Translations under genes and position numbers: made by a program
Assembly (NCBI RefSeq): GCF_963921235.1
Contig: NC_086102.1
Span: 37,200,001 to 37,264,000 of the forward strand
DNA from: Mobula hypostoma
Taxonomy: Eukaryota
DNA length: 64,000 nucleotides
Direction of reading: 5' to 3'
The notes under the pieces: model-generated
What the model saw: the letters and a program-made list of their open reading frames with translations, nothing else
Told to the model about the DNA's origin: nothing
Database searches by the model: none
Part shown: positions 46,714-60,269 of the stretch, in pieces
Position numbering within the stretch: the stretch's first letter is position 1
Layout: every line of letters begins with the position of its first letter

Positions 46714-47929
46714 TATACATTAACGATCTGGAAGAGAGGATCAAGTGTAGTGTATCTAAGTTTGCTGATGACACTAAACTGAGTGGAAAAAATTGTGCAG
46801 AGGATATGGAGCGTCTGCAGAGAGATATCGATAATTAAGTGAGTGGGCAAGGATTTGGCAGATGGAGTACAATGTTGATAAATGCAAGGTCATCCTCTTT
46901 GGAAGGGAAAATGGAAGAACAGATTATTATTTAAATGGTAAAAGATAGCAGCATGCTGATGCTCAGAAGGACTTGGGAGTGCTTGTGCATGAATCACAAA
47001 AAGTTGGTTTGCAGGTGCAACAGGCTATGAAGAAGACAAGTGGAATGTTGGCCTTCGTTGCTAAGGGGATTAAATCTAAGAGTAGGGAGGTTATGCTGCA
47101 ACTGTACAGGATACTGGTGAGGCCGCATCTGGAGTATACTGTATTGTGTGCAGTTCTGGTCTCCTTACTTGAGGAAGGAGACACTGGCTTTGGAGGCAGT
47201 GCAGAGGAGGTTCACCAGGTTGATGACTGACTGGAATTCAGGAAGAGAGGAGATCTTATAGAAACATAAAATTATGAAAGGGATAGATAAGACAGAGGCA
47301 GGAAAGTTGTTTCCACTGGTAGGTGATACTAGAACTCGGAGATATGACCTCAAGATTTGGGGAGAGTAGATTTAGGATGGAGATGAGGAGGAACTGCTTT
47401 TCCCAAAGAGTGATGAATCTGTAGAATTTTCTACCCAATGAAGCAGTGGAGGCTACCTCAGTAAATATATTTAAGACAAGGGTGGATAGATTTTTTGCAT
47501 AGTTGTGGAATTAAGGGCTAAGGGGAAAAGGCAGTAGGTGGAGATGAGTCCATGGCCAGATCAGCCATGATCTTATTGAATGGTGGAGCAGGCTCGACAG
47601 GCCATTTGGCCTACTCCTGCTCCTATTTCTAATGTTCTTGCATTCTTATACAGGTTGAACTCATTGCTTTTTGTTTTCACACCCCTTGAGCAACTCTCAC
47701 CTGCAAGTAAGAGAATGCAGTGCGATAACTAGCTTTTGGCAGGTGTGAATGACAAGTGCTCAGATCAGATATGTGTAAAAATGTGGGTGGTACATGGAGC
47801 AGTTGTGTATACTTGTGTTGATAGAATGCCACTGGTGGCTGTTACTGTTAAACCAGATCACGCGCTGAGCTTCTGCTGAACATGACAGAGAATGCCAGAG
47901 GTAACTGGCAAGTCCAGTAACCTAAAAGA

Positions 47930-49665
47930 CCATAAGATATAAGAGCAGAACTAGGCCATTTGGCCCATCACGTCTACTCCACCATTCCACCATGGCTGAC
48001 TTTTTATCCTTCTCAAACCCATTCTTACTTTTTCCCCATAACCTTTGATGCCCCGACTAATCAAGAACCTATCAACCTCTGCTTTAAATGTACCCAATTC
48101 ATTGCCTCCAGATCCATCTGTGGCGGTGAATTCCACAGATACATTACCCTCTGGCTGAAGAAACTCCTCCTCATCTCTGTGCTAAAGGGATGTCCCTATA
48201 ATCCAGGGTTCCCAACCTTATTTATGCCATAGACCCTACCATTAACTGAGGGGTGGCATAGGAACTCCTGCTCTATTTTGAGACTGTGCCCTCTGTTCCT
48301 AGATTCCCCCACTATAAGAAACACCTTCTCTACATCCACTCTATCCAGGCCTTCCAATATTCAACAGGTTTCAATGAGATTTCACCGCCCTCCCATTCTT
48401 CTAAACTCTAGTGAGTACAAGCCCAGAGCCATCAAACACGCCACACACGTTAACCCTTTCATTCCCAGAATGATTCTCATGAACCTCTTCTGGACCTTCT
48501 CCACTTCCAGCACATCTTTTCTTAGATAGGTGTCTAATACCGTTCATGCAAGTGCGGTCAGCCCAGTGCTTTATAAAGCCTCAGCATTACATCCTTGTTT
48601 TTATATTCCAGTCCTCTTGAAATGAATGCTAACATTGCATTTGCCTTTCTTGCCAATGACTCAACCCACAAGTTAACCTTTAGGATACCCTGCATGTCCC
48701 TTTGCACCTCTGATTTCTGTATTTTCTTCCCATTTAGAAAATAATCTACGCCTTTATGCCTTCTGTCAAAGTGCGTGACCATACACTTCCATCTGCCATT
48801 CTTTGCCCATTCTCCTAATCTGTCTGACCCCTTCTGCAGACTCTCTGCTTCCTCAACACCAACTTCCCCTCCACTTACCTTCGTATCATCTGCAAACTTG
48901 GCAACAAAGACATCACATCCAAATCATTGACATATAATATGAAAAGAAGCAGTCCTAACGCTGACCCTTGTGGAACACCATTAGCCTCTGGCAGCCAACT
49001 AGAAAAGGCCCCCTTTATTCTTACGATTTGCATCTCACTAGCCTTCTGTCTATGCTAGTATTTCTCCTGTAATACCATGGGCTCTTATCCTGATAAGCTG
49101 CCTCATGTGCAGCACCTTATTAAAGGCCTTTAGAAAGTCCAAGTAAACAGCATCCACTGATTCTCCTTTGTCTATCCTGCTCGTTATTTCATCAAAGAAT
49201 TCCAACAGACTTGCTGGGCAAGACTTCTGCTTAGGGAAACAATGCTGACTTTGGCTTGTTTTATCTAGTGCCTCCAATTACTCTGAAATCTCATTCTTAA
49301 TAATTAACTCAAACATCTTCCCAACCACTGATGTCAGGCTAATTGGTCTATAATTTCCTTTCTTTTCTCTCCTTCCCTTCTTAAACAGTGGAGGAATGCA
49401 ATTTTCCAGTACTCTGGAACCATTCCAAAATATAGTGATCCTCGAAAGATCGCTACTAATGCCTCCACAATTTCTTCAGCTATCTCTTTCTGAACCCTGG
49501 GGTGTGGTTTATCTGGTCCAGGGGACTTATCTACCATCAGACTATTCTGATTCCCAAGCACTTTCCCCCTTAGTAATAGCAAATATGCTGACTTCTGCTC
49601 GTTGACACTCTCTTTAAAGGAACTCATTGAATATTTCGAGTTAGGAATATGAAATGACAAACAGT
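47930..49665 (-). mobile_element. Decayed CR1 fragments with internal deletions, plus a possible short hAT-type MITE at about 48203-48268
   Basis: DKSPGPDKPHPRV, QHCFPKQKSC...LDFLKAFNKV, KANAMLAFISRGLEYK and a CR1 3' UTR. The insert begins CAGGGTTCCCAACC and ends GGAACTCCTG. Confidence 0.8.
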
Positions 49666-50391
49666 ATCAGAAAGACGTCCACTTCTTTCTCACTGCCACG
49701 TTCTTCATGATCTTCATTTTTCTTGACTCCTTTAATAACTGGAAATCTATTAATCACTCATTTGTATGAACTTCGTAGCAGTCTTCACAACCCTCTGGAG
49801 TTGAGAATTTCATCACTCTCTGCATGAAGTTTCTCTGCAACTCAGACCCAGATAAAGTCCCCTTTTGTTCAGAGTTTGTACCTCCCTGCTCCTAGACTCC
49901 TCAGCCATGAGAAATATTTTCCAGCATCCAGCCTAACTTATCCTTCAGCAACATTTTAAGTTTCATGAAGATTTCTTCTCATCTATAACCTACTCTCTAC
50001 TCAATCTCTCCTTACACGGCAAGTCCACCATCCCCGAAATCAGTTTACTGAAACATTTCTTCATTCCCTCAGCGGCAACTATATTCTTTCTTAGGTTAGT
50101 AGTCTCACCAAGGCCTATATAATTATATTAAAGCTTCCTCATTCCTACATTCAAATCCTCACATGATCACTTGTCATCCCAATTACTTGTTGGAATCGAA
50201 TATTCAGCCACCTATGTACAATCACCTTAGCATATCAACACCTTTCTGTCTCTCACCACTTAATAAATATACGCTTCTACTCCATGCATGATTCAATGAG
50301 TATGATTTTGCATTATTTTCCGCAATATATTCTCTCAGACAGTTTTCACCCACTCATTCATTTTGTGTACATCCCCTCAATGTATCAATGT

Positions 50392-52440
50392 CAATAGACA
50401 ATAGACAATAGGTGCAGGAGTAGGCCATTCAGCCCTTCAAGCCAGCACCACCATTCACTGTGATCATGGCTGATCATCCACAATCAGTACCCTATTCCTG
50501 CCTTCTTCCCATATCCCTTCAGTCCGCTATCTTTAAGAGCTCTATCTAATTCTTTCTTGAAAGAATCTAGAGAATTGGCCTCCACTGCCTTCTGAGGCAG
50601 AGCATTCCACAGAACCACAACTCTCTGTGTGAAAAAGTTTCTCCTCAACTCCGTTCTAAATTGTCTACCCCTTATTCTTAAACTGTGGCCTCTGGTTCTG
50701 GACTCCCCCAACATCGGGAACATGTTTCCTGCCTCTATCGTGTCCAATCCCTTAATAATCTTATATGTTTCAATCAGATCCCCTCTCATCCTTCTAAATT
50801 CCAGCGTAAGCAACCCCAGTCGCTCCAATCGTTCAACATATGACAGTCCCTCCATCCCGGGAATTAACCTCGTGAACCTACACTGCACTCCCTCAATAGC
50901 TAGAATGTCCTTCCTCAAATTTGGAGACAAAAACTGTACAAAATACTCCAGGTGTGGTCTCACCAGGGCTCTGTACAACTGCAGAAGGACCTCTTTGCTC
51001 TTATACTCAACTCCCCTTGTTATGAAGGCCAACATGCCATTAGCTTTCTTCACTGCCTGCTGTACTTGCATGCTTACTTTCAGTGACTGATGAACAAGAG
51101 CACCTAGATCTCGTTGTACTTCCCCTTTTTCTAGACACCATTCAGATAGTAATCTGCCTTCCTGTTCTTGCCACCAGAGTGAATAACCTCACATTTATCC
51201 ACATTAAACTGCATCTGCCATGCATCTGCCCACTCACCCAACCTGTCCAAGTCACCCTGGATTCTCATAACATCCTCCTCACATTTCACACTGCCACCCA
51301 GCTTTGTGTCATCCACAAATTTGCTAATGTCGCTTTTAATCCCTTCATCTAAATCATTAATGTATATTGTAAACAGCTGCGGTCCCAGCACCGAGCCTTG
51401 CAGTACCCCACTAGTCACTAACTGCCATTCTGAAAAGGACCCATTAATCCCTACTCTTTGTTCCTGTCTGCCAACCAATTTTCTATCCATGTCAGTACCC
51501 TACCCCCAATACCATTTGCTCTAATTTTGCACACTAACCTCCTATGTGGGACCTTATCAAAGGCTTTCTGAAAGTCCAGGTACACTACATCCACTGGCTT
51601 TCCCATGTCCATTTTCATAGTTACATCCTCAAAAAATTCCAGAAGATTAGTCAAGCACGATTTCCCCTTCATAAATCCATGCTGACTCAGACCTATCCTG
51701 CCACTGCTATCCAAATATGCCGCTATTTCATCTTTTGTAATTGATTCCAGCATCTTCCCCACCACTGATGTCAGACTAACTAGTCTATAATTGCCTGTTT
51801 TCTCTCTCCCTCCTTTCTTAATAAGTGGGACAACATTAGCCACCCTCCAATCTGCAAGAACTGATCCTGAATCTATAGAACATTGGAAAATGATTACCAA
51901 TGCATCCACGATTTCTAGAGCCACCTCCTTAAGTGCCCTGGGATGCAGACCGTCAGGCCCTAGGGATTTATCAACCTTCAGTCCCTTCAGTTTGCCCAAC
52001 ACCATTTTCTGCTCGGTGCGAATTTCCTTCAGTTCCTCTGTTACCCTAGGTCCTCTGGCCACTATTACATCTGAGAGCTTGTTTGTGTCTTCCCTAGTGA
52101 AGACAGATCCAAAGTACCTGTTCAGCTCATCTGCCATTTCCTTGTTCTCCATAATAATTTCACCCATTTCTGTCTTCAAGGGCCCAACTTTGGTCTTAAC
52201 TAATTTTTTCCTCTTCACATACCTAAAGAAGCTTTTACTATCCTCCTTTATATTCTTGGCTAGCTTACCTTCGTACCTCATTCCCCCCCCCCCCCCCACC
52301 TCGTATTGCCTTTTTAGTTATCTTCTGTTGCTTCTTAAAAGTCTCCCAATCCTCTGGCTTCCCACTCATCCTTGCTATGTTATATTTCCTCTCTTTTATT
52401 TTTATACTGTCCTTGACTTCCCTTGTCATCCTTCGTAGGC
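50392..52440 (-). mobile_element. CR1 subfamily ORF2 RT half and 3' UTR, few lesions, tail (TCTATTG)n
   Basis: ORFs 51451-52299, 51131-51490 and 50484-51071 on minus: LDFQKAFDKVPH, QGSVLGP, KFVDDTKL, PHLEYFVQF. Confidence 0.92.
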
Positions 52441-52779
52441 ACAGTCCAATCATCACGTCATTGGAAATGTGACAACTGGTGCCCTCAGCCAAATTGCTGA
52501 CGTGGATTGTTAATAGCTGGAACCCACTCACCTCAGTCTTTCTCTCTCCTCTGCTCTGCCATCCGACAAAACTTACTAAAGCTTGAGAGTGCTTATAACT
52601 CAAGGACAGCTTCTATACCACTCCTGAATGGATCTCTTATACATGGTCTCTTGATCTCCCAATCTTCGTGGCCTTGCCCTTTATTTATCTGCCTACACTA
52701 TGCTTCCTCTGTAATTTTAACACACCATTCTGTTACCTTTTTTTCCTTCCTTTTGTACTAGCTTCATGTACTTAAGTAT

Positions 52780-54200
52780 GGCTACTCCCTTTAAGAAGGG
52801 AGGAAGGCAAAAGAAAGGACATTATAGGCCAGTTAGTCTAATCTCAGTGGTTGGGAAAGTGTTGGAGTCTATTGTTAAAGTTGAGGTTTCGAGGTACTGT
52901 ACTTGGAGACTAGTGGTAAAATAAGTGAAAGTCAGAATGGTTTCTGTGAAGGGAATTCTTGCCTGACAAATCTGTTGCAGTTCTTTGAGGAAGTAACAAA
53001 CAGGGTGGACGAAGGTGAGACACTGGATGTCACTTACTTGGATTTTCAGAAGGCATTTGATAAAGAGCCACACATGAAGCTGCTTAACAAGATAAACTCC
53101 TATGGCGCTGCAGGAAAGATATTGGCGTGGATAACAGAATGTCTGACAAGCAGGAGGCAGCAAGTGGGAATAAAGTGGGCCTTTTTTGGTTGACTGCCGG
53201 TGGCTAGTTTTGTTTCTCAGTGGTCAGTATTGGGACCGCTACTTTTCACATTGTTTGTCAGTGATTTAGATAATGGAATTGATGGATTTGTGGCAAAGTT
53301 TGAGGATGATACGAAGATGGGTGGAGAGGTAGGTAGTCCTGAGGAAGCAATGCAATTGCAGCAGGATTAGAGAAATTGGAAGAATGGGCAAAAATGTGGT
53401 GGATGGAATACAGTGTTGGGAAATGTATGATAATGCATTTTGGTAAAAGGAACAATAATGCGGACTATTATCTAAATGGGGAGAAGGTTCAAACATCAGA
53501 GGTGCAGAGGAACTTAGGAGTCCTTGTGCATGACTCCCAGAAGGTTTGTTTACAGGTTGAGTCTGTGGTAAAAAAGGCAAATGCAATGTAGGCATTTATA
53601 GCAAGGAGATAATACTGAAGCTTTTTAAGACAATAGTCAGGCCGCACTTGGAGTATTGTCAACAGCTCTGGGCCCCATATCTCAGAAAGGATGTGTTGTC
53701 ATTGGAGAGAGTCCAGAGAAGGTTCATGAGGATGAATCCAGGAATGAAGGGGTTAACATATGAGGAGCATTTGCCAGCTTTGGCCCTGTACTCACTGAAA
53801 TTTAGAAGAATGTGTGGGGGATCTCACTGAAACCTACTAAATGTTGAAAAGACTAGGTAGGGTGGATGTGGAGAGGATGTTTCCTCTTGTGGGGGTATCC
53901 AGAACTAGACAGCACAGGCTCAACATTGAGGGGTGACTTTTTAGAACAGAGGTAAGGAGGAATTTTTTTAGCCAAAGAGTAGTGATTCTATGGAATGCTC
54001 TGCCACAGACTGTGGTGGAGGCTAAGTCCGTGCGTATATTTAAGGCATTTTCTGATCGGTCAGGACATCAAAGGATACAGCAAGAAGGCAGGTGTATGGG
54101 GTTGACTGGGATCCGAGATCAGCCATGATAGAATGGCAGAGCAGACTCGATGGGCTGAATGGTTTAATTTTACTCCTATGTCTTATGGTCTTATGGAATG
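52780..54200 (+). mobile_element. Decayed CR1 RT and 3' end
   Basis: YRPVSLIS, SCLTNLLQFFEEV, LDFQKAFDK, KFEDDTK, PHLEYCQQLWAP. Tail TCTTATGG repeats. Confidence 0.88.
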
Positions 54201-56477
54201 ATCTGTCTGAATGTCAGGCGAACAAAAGCTTTTTATTATATTTCAGCTCATGTGACAATGATAAATAAAATTACCAATTACCCAAATACAGATATCTGTG
54301 ATAACCCATTAGTCGCCCCCTGATCTGCTTATTCCTACTCATGTCTTTCTGTCCGATAACTAATTCTTATACAACAGTGTTTTCTAACTAGGCTGACAAT
54401 TCTCCCGTGTGGAACTTTGTTAAAAGCTTTCCAAAAATTCAGCTACACCAAATTCTCCAGACCCCCATCTATTCCACTGGTCACATCCACAAAGAATGTC
54501 AGAGACTATGCTCGCTGGTAGATTAAAGGGCTACTGTAAATGACCTTTTGTAGGAGAATCAGGGTGAAGTTGATCAGCATTTGCGAGAGTAGGTTACAGA
54601 AGGTGACTCTGATTGAGGAAGATGCTTTGTAGCCTGGCTGAGCTAATGGGCTGAATGATTTCCTTTGATTTCATAAGAAATGATGAAAAATATAACAAAG
54701 GACAACAGATTAGCCAGACATGATTTTCTTTCCATGAATCAATGCCCAACCATTTCCTAACTCCGACCTTTCATTAGAATCCACTGCTGTTGCATGTGTC
54801 ACCTCCTCTCACTGCCATTTTATCTATCTTTAGGGGTCTGATGGAGATGGGAAGTCTCTTAAGTTTGCTGATATGCAGATCCTTCTGGCAGTTGTCACTG
54901 TACTTGACGTGAAGCTGGTGAATGTTGGGCCTACTCCACCACGGTGACCAGTTAGATCAGGCCCTCTTTTCAGCCTTGGCTGGGAAGATGTACTTTGACT
55001 CCAGCGGCAATCCTATGGGAAAATCAGCACCTCTTTAGCAGCTGGAGCCCTGAAATCAGTTAATACTACTTGAATTTAGTGTGCAATCTGACTTTACACA
55101 TGCCAGGTATGATTTATTATTCAAATGTACACATGTTTTTGTAAAAGGTGTGGACACATAAATCACATAACAAACTGCTGGAAGCTTTACATGCGCAGCC
55201 ATTTTGTACATGTTTTTAACAGACTTGGCGACTTCTAACAAAATGGCTCCCTGAGCCTTGTGGGTCACAGCCCAGGAAATGGGAGTGGATCAAATATATG
55301 CTGTTTAATGTCCTGTGGATTCTTCCAACCCTTCTAACCGACAGTGAATAAAAATAGCATTTAGTGCAATCAAGATATAATGTCTAAAAATATTTCTGTA
55401 GGCTGCATTTATAGCAATAGCAAAACCAAGGTATAGTTGTTCAGCATGTGTGAAGTACAGTGTAAAGATTAGCCTTCAAGCATTTTGAAAAACTTCCTGT
55501 GTGAGGAGGGTTTTTTAAATGACTTAAATTTTACTGAATTCTTTTACAAATTTTTCCCTGAACCCTTGAGTCAGTGTTGAAATTATGTAAATCATAGCTT
55601 ACAAAACATAAAAATATCCATAAAATAAAAAACAAACATGGCAGAAATAAATATCAATATAATAACCATGTGTGTCTATTTAGACCTCTATTAACATAAA
55701 AGACTGCCATTCAACAATACGCTTCACCACATATTCACCACTATTTCCACCCCAGGAAACTTAAATATTTGCCCCATTTTTGTGTATAGATGTCCAATCT
55801 ATCAAACTGTTTGTAAGACATGCGTTGAAGAGCTGCCACTTTGGATTTTGCTCATCTGGCATCGGTTGCACTGTTTCATACAATGTATGTATGCCTTTGA
55901 TCTTTATTTAAGCCATGTAAAATAAAAAGTTCAAATAAACCTATTATCAAAGTATGTAAATGTCTCCATATATTTTCTTGATTCATTTTCTTGCAGGCGT
56001 TCACTATAGAACAGAGAAATACAATGGAATCTTTGAAAATCTACACGTGAACAAAGACTGACAAACAACCAATGTGCAAAAGGAGACCAAAAGTTCATAC
56101 ATTACATATATATGTAACCAGACCTGACTATAATTGGATTTCTAAGAAATGTACTGTATGTCCCTCAGCTCCTCCAAGCTGAGTGAGACACTGCAGTGGG
56201 TTTGTTGGCCACCCCTTATCTTCCCTGCACAAACCTTGTAGCTAAATATTTCTCCATTGGTTCATAAACTGGAAGCTTGCTCTGCAGAATCTCCTCCAAT
56301 ATCACATCCAGAGCTGAGCCGATCGATTCGGTGTTTGTAAGTTCTGGCCATCCAGCCCCTCTCAAACCAGCATGAGGCAAGAACTGAATTACAGTCCTAT
56401 TCGATCTGCTGCAGATTTCATGTCTACTTGATCAACAAAGTGTTAGTTGTACATTTGGATTAAAAAAAAACATTCAT

Positions 56478-56960
56478 AGTAACATAGAAATCTACAGTAC
56501 ATTACAGGCCCTTCAGCCCACAATGTTGTGCCGACTGTGTAGCCTACTCTGGAAACTGCCTAGAATTTCCCTGCTGCTTAGCCCTTTATTTTTCAAAGCT
56601 CCATGTACCCATCTAAGAGTCTCTTAAGAGACCCTATTGTATCCACTTCTATCACCTTCGTTGGCAGTGCATTCAACACACCCACCACTCTCTGTGTGAA
56701 AAACTTACCTCTGACATCCCCCTTGTACCTACCTCTAAGTACCTTAAAACTACACCCCCTCATGTTAGGCATTTCAACCCTGGGAAAAAGTCTCTGACTA
56801 TCCACAAGATCAATGCCTCTCATCATCTTATACATCTCTATCAGGTCACCTCTCATCCTCCATCACTCCAAGGAGAAAAGGCCAAGTTCACTCAACCTAT
56901 TCTCATAAGGCATGCTCCCCAATCCAGGTAACATCCTTGTAAATCTCCTCTGCACTCGCT
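56478..56960 (-). mobile_element. CR1 3' end fragment
   Basis: ORF 56593-56856 minus (MRGDLIEMYKMMRG...FFTQRVV). Tail ends TTTCTATGTT. Confidence 0.85.
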
Positions 56961-58489
56961 CAAAGGACAATATAAAACTCATGTTAGTAGGTTGACTATG
57001 GTGATTATGTGCAGGACAGCTCAAGGCCATTTACTTCATGGCTGATGATTAATTAGGACTGAACTATTCTGGAGCCTGTTTTTCACAACTAGTTTTATCC
57101 GATGATACTTCATACTGTTTTGGATTTCAAAATAACACTGGTGTGCAGTTGGAGACTTTCAGCAAGGTTTTTTTGATGAATGTATACGTAGCCAAATGAC
57201 TAAACAAACTGGCGAATGTGGAAATAACGTAAATGTCAGAGTTCATGAAGAAAGATAATTTTATCAAAGAATAAATTCAGAAAGGTTAGGAAGCACTTAG
57301 CAGGTTAGACAGCATCTGTGAGTAGAGAAATCAGTCTCTTGTTTTAATTCAATGTCCTTTCACTACTTCTGTTGAAAAGGTATCAAAGTCAAATTTCAGC
57401 TTTCCTCTCCACAGGTGCTGTCTGGCCTGTTGAGTCTTTCCAGAACTTTCCGCTGACACTTCAGGTTCCACCATCAGTATTTTGCACTTTCTACCAAAGA
57501 CCTGTGGCTGTCAGCTAGTTATTTTGGACATTGGCAGCTGCACAATCACCATCTTTGCCAAAAGGATGGAAATAATGGCTCCATTTTTTTTTTCCTCTGC
57601 ACAGCCAGAGGACAACTTCCATCCTTCTTGTGGAGGAAAAGAGGAAGTGCCGATGTTTAACTTAAAGAAGAACTCCCTAACCCATACATAAGCCAGGGGT
57701 GAAGAGATGAGAATCACAGAGTAACTTCCTGGTAAGTATTGCCTGTTGGGCATTACTTCACTGTGTGGGCAACTCTGACCATTGGTGTGTCAGATGCAGC
57801 TCGGTTCAGAAAGAGAGCTGCAGGTCACACCAAATCTGCAGGTCAAACCAAACAACATAAGCTAGAAATTATTGCTGTGTCAGATCATGTAAACATACAA
57901 GATTAAAATATTATTACATTGACACAGGTTTCAAGCACACTTTTATTGTAATTAAAAGGGAAACTGTGAAGCATTTCATATTCTTGGGATATCCCTCCAT
58001 GTTATACAAACAGTACATTTCTCAATTGCTATGCAATTACTTTTACTACAGCAAAGCTGCTTCGAAAGATGAAAGTATTTTTCTTTGAGTTTTCCTTCAT
58101 TCATGTTTATTACAAATAAGTCTACTGTAGTCTGGTTTTCACCATCTACGGGCACTTCTTGATGGGCAGCTCAGTGATGATGGTAGGAATTACCTTCCTG
58201 ACTGGATTCTCCTCACTCCACCTCCATGGCATTTCATTTTTGTTCCAGATTCCAGCACTCCTTTTGTCCTCACACCTGGAAATGCTTGATTTTTTTTTCA
58301 GTTACATGAAACAAGTTAGAAATGGTCATTACTATGTTTCAAAAAAACTCAGCCGTCATTGGCACAATGCAGAATAAAGGAGTTTTATGGAATATACTTC
58401 CCAGACACCAAGACATGCTCAGAAAACCGGAGGCAATGCCTTCATTACAATGACTATCACCTATCATGTGGCAGGTTTTAGCCCTTGGA

Positions 58490-59350
58490 GTCATAGGAGA
58501 GTACAGCACAGAAACAGGCCCTTGGGCCCATCTAGTCCATGCCAAACCATTTAAGCTGCCTACACTGGGACCGTAGCGTCCATGTCCCTACTATCCATCT
58601 ACCTATCCAAATTTCTCCTAAACGTTGAAATGGAGCTCGCATCCATCACTGATATGGGCAGCTTGTTTCACATTCTCGCAATCCGTTGAGTGAAGAAGTT
58701 ACTCTTCATGTTTCCTGTAAACTTAGACGATAAGATCAGAAGATATAGGAGCAGAATTGGGCCATTTGGCCCATCAAGTCTATTCTGCCATCTCATCCTG
58801 GCTGATCCATTTTCCCTCTCAGCTTCAGTCTCTCGCCTTCTCCCTGAATCCCTTTCATGGGCTGATTAATCAAGAATCTATCAAACACTGCCTTAAATAT
58901 ACCCAGTGACTTGGCCTCCACAGCTGCCTGCGGCCACAAATTCCACAGATTCGCCACCCTCTGGCTAAAGAAATTTGTTTTTGTCTCTGTTCTAAATGGA
59001 CATTCCTCTATTCTGAGGCTGTGCTCTCTGGTCTTGGACTCCCCCACCATAGGAAACATCCTCTCCACATCCATTCTGTGGAGGCCTTTCACCATTCGAA
59101 AGGTTTCACTGAGGTCACCCTTCATTCTTCTGAATTCCAGTGAGTAGAGGCCCACCCAGAGCCATCAAATCCACCAAACCAAGCTGACTGTCCCTAATCA
59201 GTCCTTGTCTATCCAAATCCTCATATATACAATCCCTTAGAATGTTTTCCAATAACTTTCCCACTACTGATGTCAGGTTCACCAGCCTATAATTTCCTGG
59301 TTTAGTTTTAGAGTCTTTCTTAAACAGCAGAGCATCATTGGCTGTCCTCT
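58490..59350 (-). mobile_element. Cluster of CR1 3' fragments (about 58490-58720, 58725-59155, 59200-59350)
   Basis: GLYSLEFRRMKGDL...FFSQRVANLWN. Two separate 3'-UTR tails. YRLVNLTSVVGK remnant. Confidence 0.78.
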
Positions 59351-59472
59351 AATCCTCCAGTACCTCACTTATTTGCATCAACGACTACAGAACATAGTAC
59401 ATCAAAGAATACATCTATTCCAAATCAAAGTTATATATTAGAACATGTAAAATACCCTATAATGTCAACATT

Positions 59473-59706
59473 TCGGGAGACTTTGGGACTTTTTTTTACC
59501 GTGCCCATGGTCTGTTCTTTATCAAATTATGATATTGCTTTGCACTGTTGTAACTATATGTTATAATTATGTGGTTTTTGTCAGTTTTTTTAGTCTTGGC
59601 TTGTCTTGTGTTTCTGTGATATCATTCTGTAGGAACATTGTATCATTTCTTAATGCATGCATTACTAAATGACAATAAAAGAGGACTGTGTGTCCTCATA
59701 ATCTAA
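59473..59706 (+). repeat. Second copy of the unclassified retroposon 3' end
   Basis: Reverse-complement match to 33290-33530. Confidence 0.75.
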
Positions 59707-60269
59707 ATATATATATATATACCATAATGCTCGCCTTTACCCCAGGAGCTCATGAAGTCTACCAGATTGTATTAGAGAAAATTTGTAGCCATGAAGGGCA
59801 ATCTCATAAATTACTGAACTAGAAAGCTAGGCCTCAAGTGCATCTTCCAGGCAAGAACATCAATCTTCTGGAGAACCCAGATGACAAAAACAGGTAGGCC
59901 ACTGGCGATGTGACAATACCGGGGCAAGGAATATTGAGTTCTTGAAAGTTGAGTGCTCCTTGGAAATACACCCTGTCTCCAGGATGATGCCGTGGTGCTC
60001 TGTTGGAGAATAGAGTGCTGGACTGCTTTGGTCTTCAGCAGGCCTCACTGAAGACTAGTAAAATGACATGCCATGCCGATAGCCATCCAGGTTACAACAG
60101 GCTAGGCTTCCAGCCAAACAGTTCAGCCTATGTGCAGTGGAAGTTGAGATACTGAACATCAGACACATCCTGGTGGTTGAGCCTACACAGTTTTCATGGT
60201 GTTGACCATGTTGGAAAGGATGAGATTTAAGAACGGCACAAATGCTGTGCAAAGTTGGTGTTTGACCCA

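Larger units (their letters stand above)
44010..47640 (+). mobile_element. Older CR1 subfamily ORF2 and 3' UTR, decayed, interrupted by Tigger
   Basis: QPWITKEIKE, SPGPDGMHPRVLKE, YRPVSLTS, LDFQKAF, QGSVLGLQLF|...KFADDTKL. Tail CCTATTTCT. Confidence 0.88.

Noticed and set aside
52281-52297. Poly-C run within CR1 giving a poly-Gly ORF start
   Set aside because: A homopolymer expansion or sequencing artefact inside a dead element.
56210-56390. Minus-strand open frame FLPHAG...SALDVILEEILQSKLPVYEPMEKYLATR
   Set aside because: No polypyrimidine tract, a weak donor and no recognisable homology.
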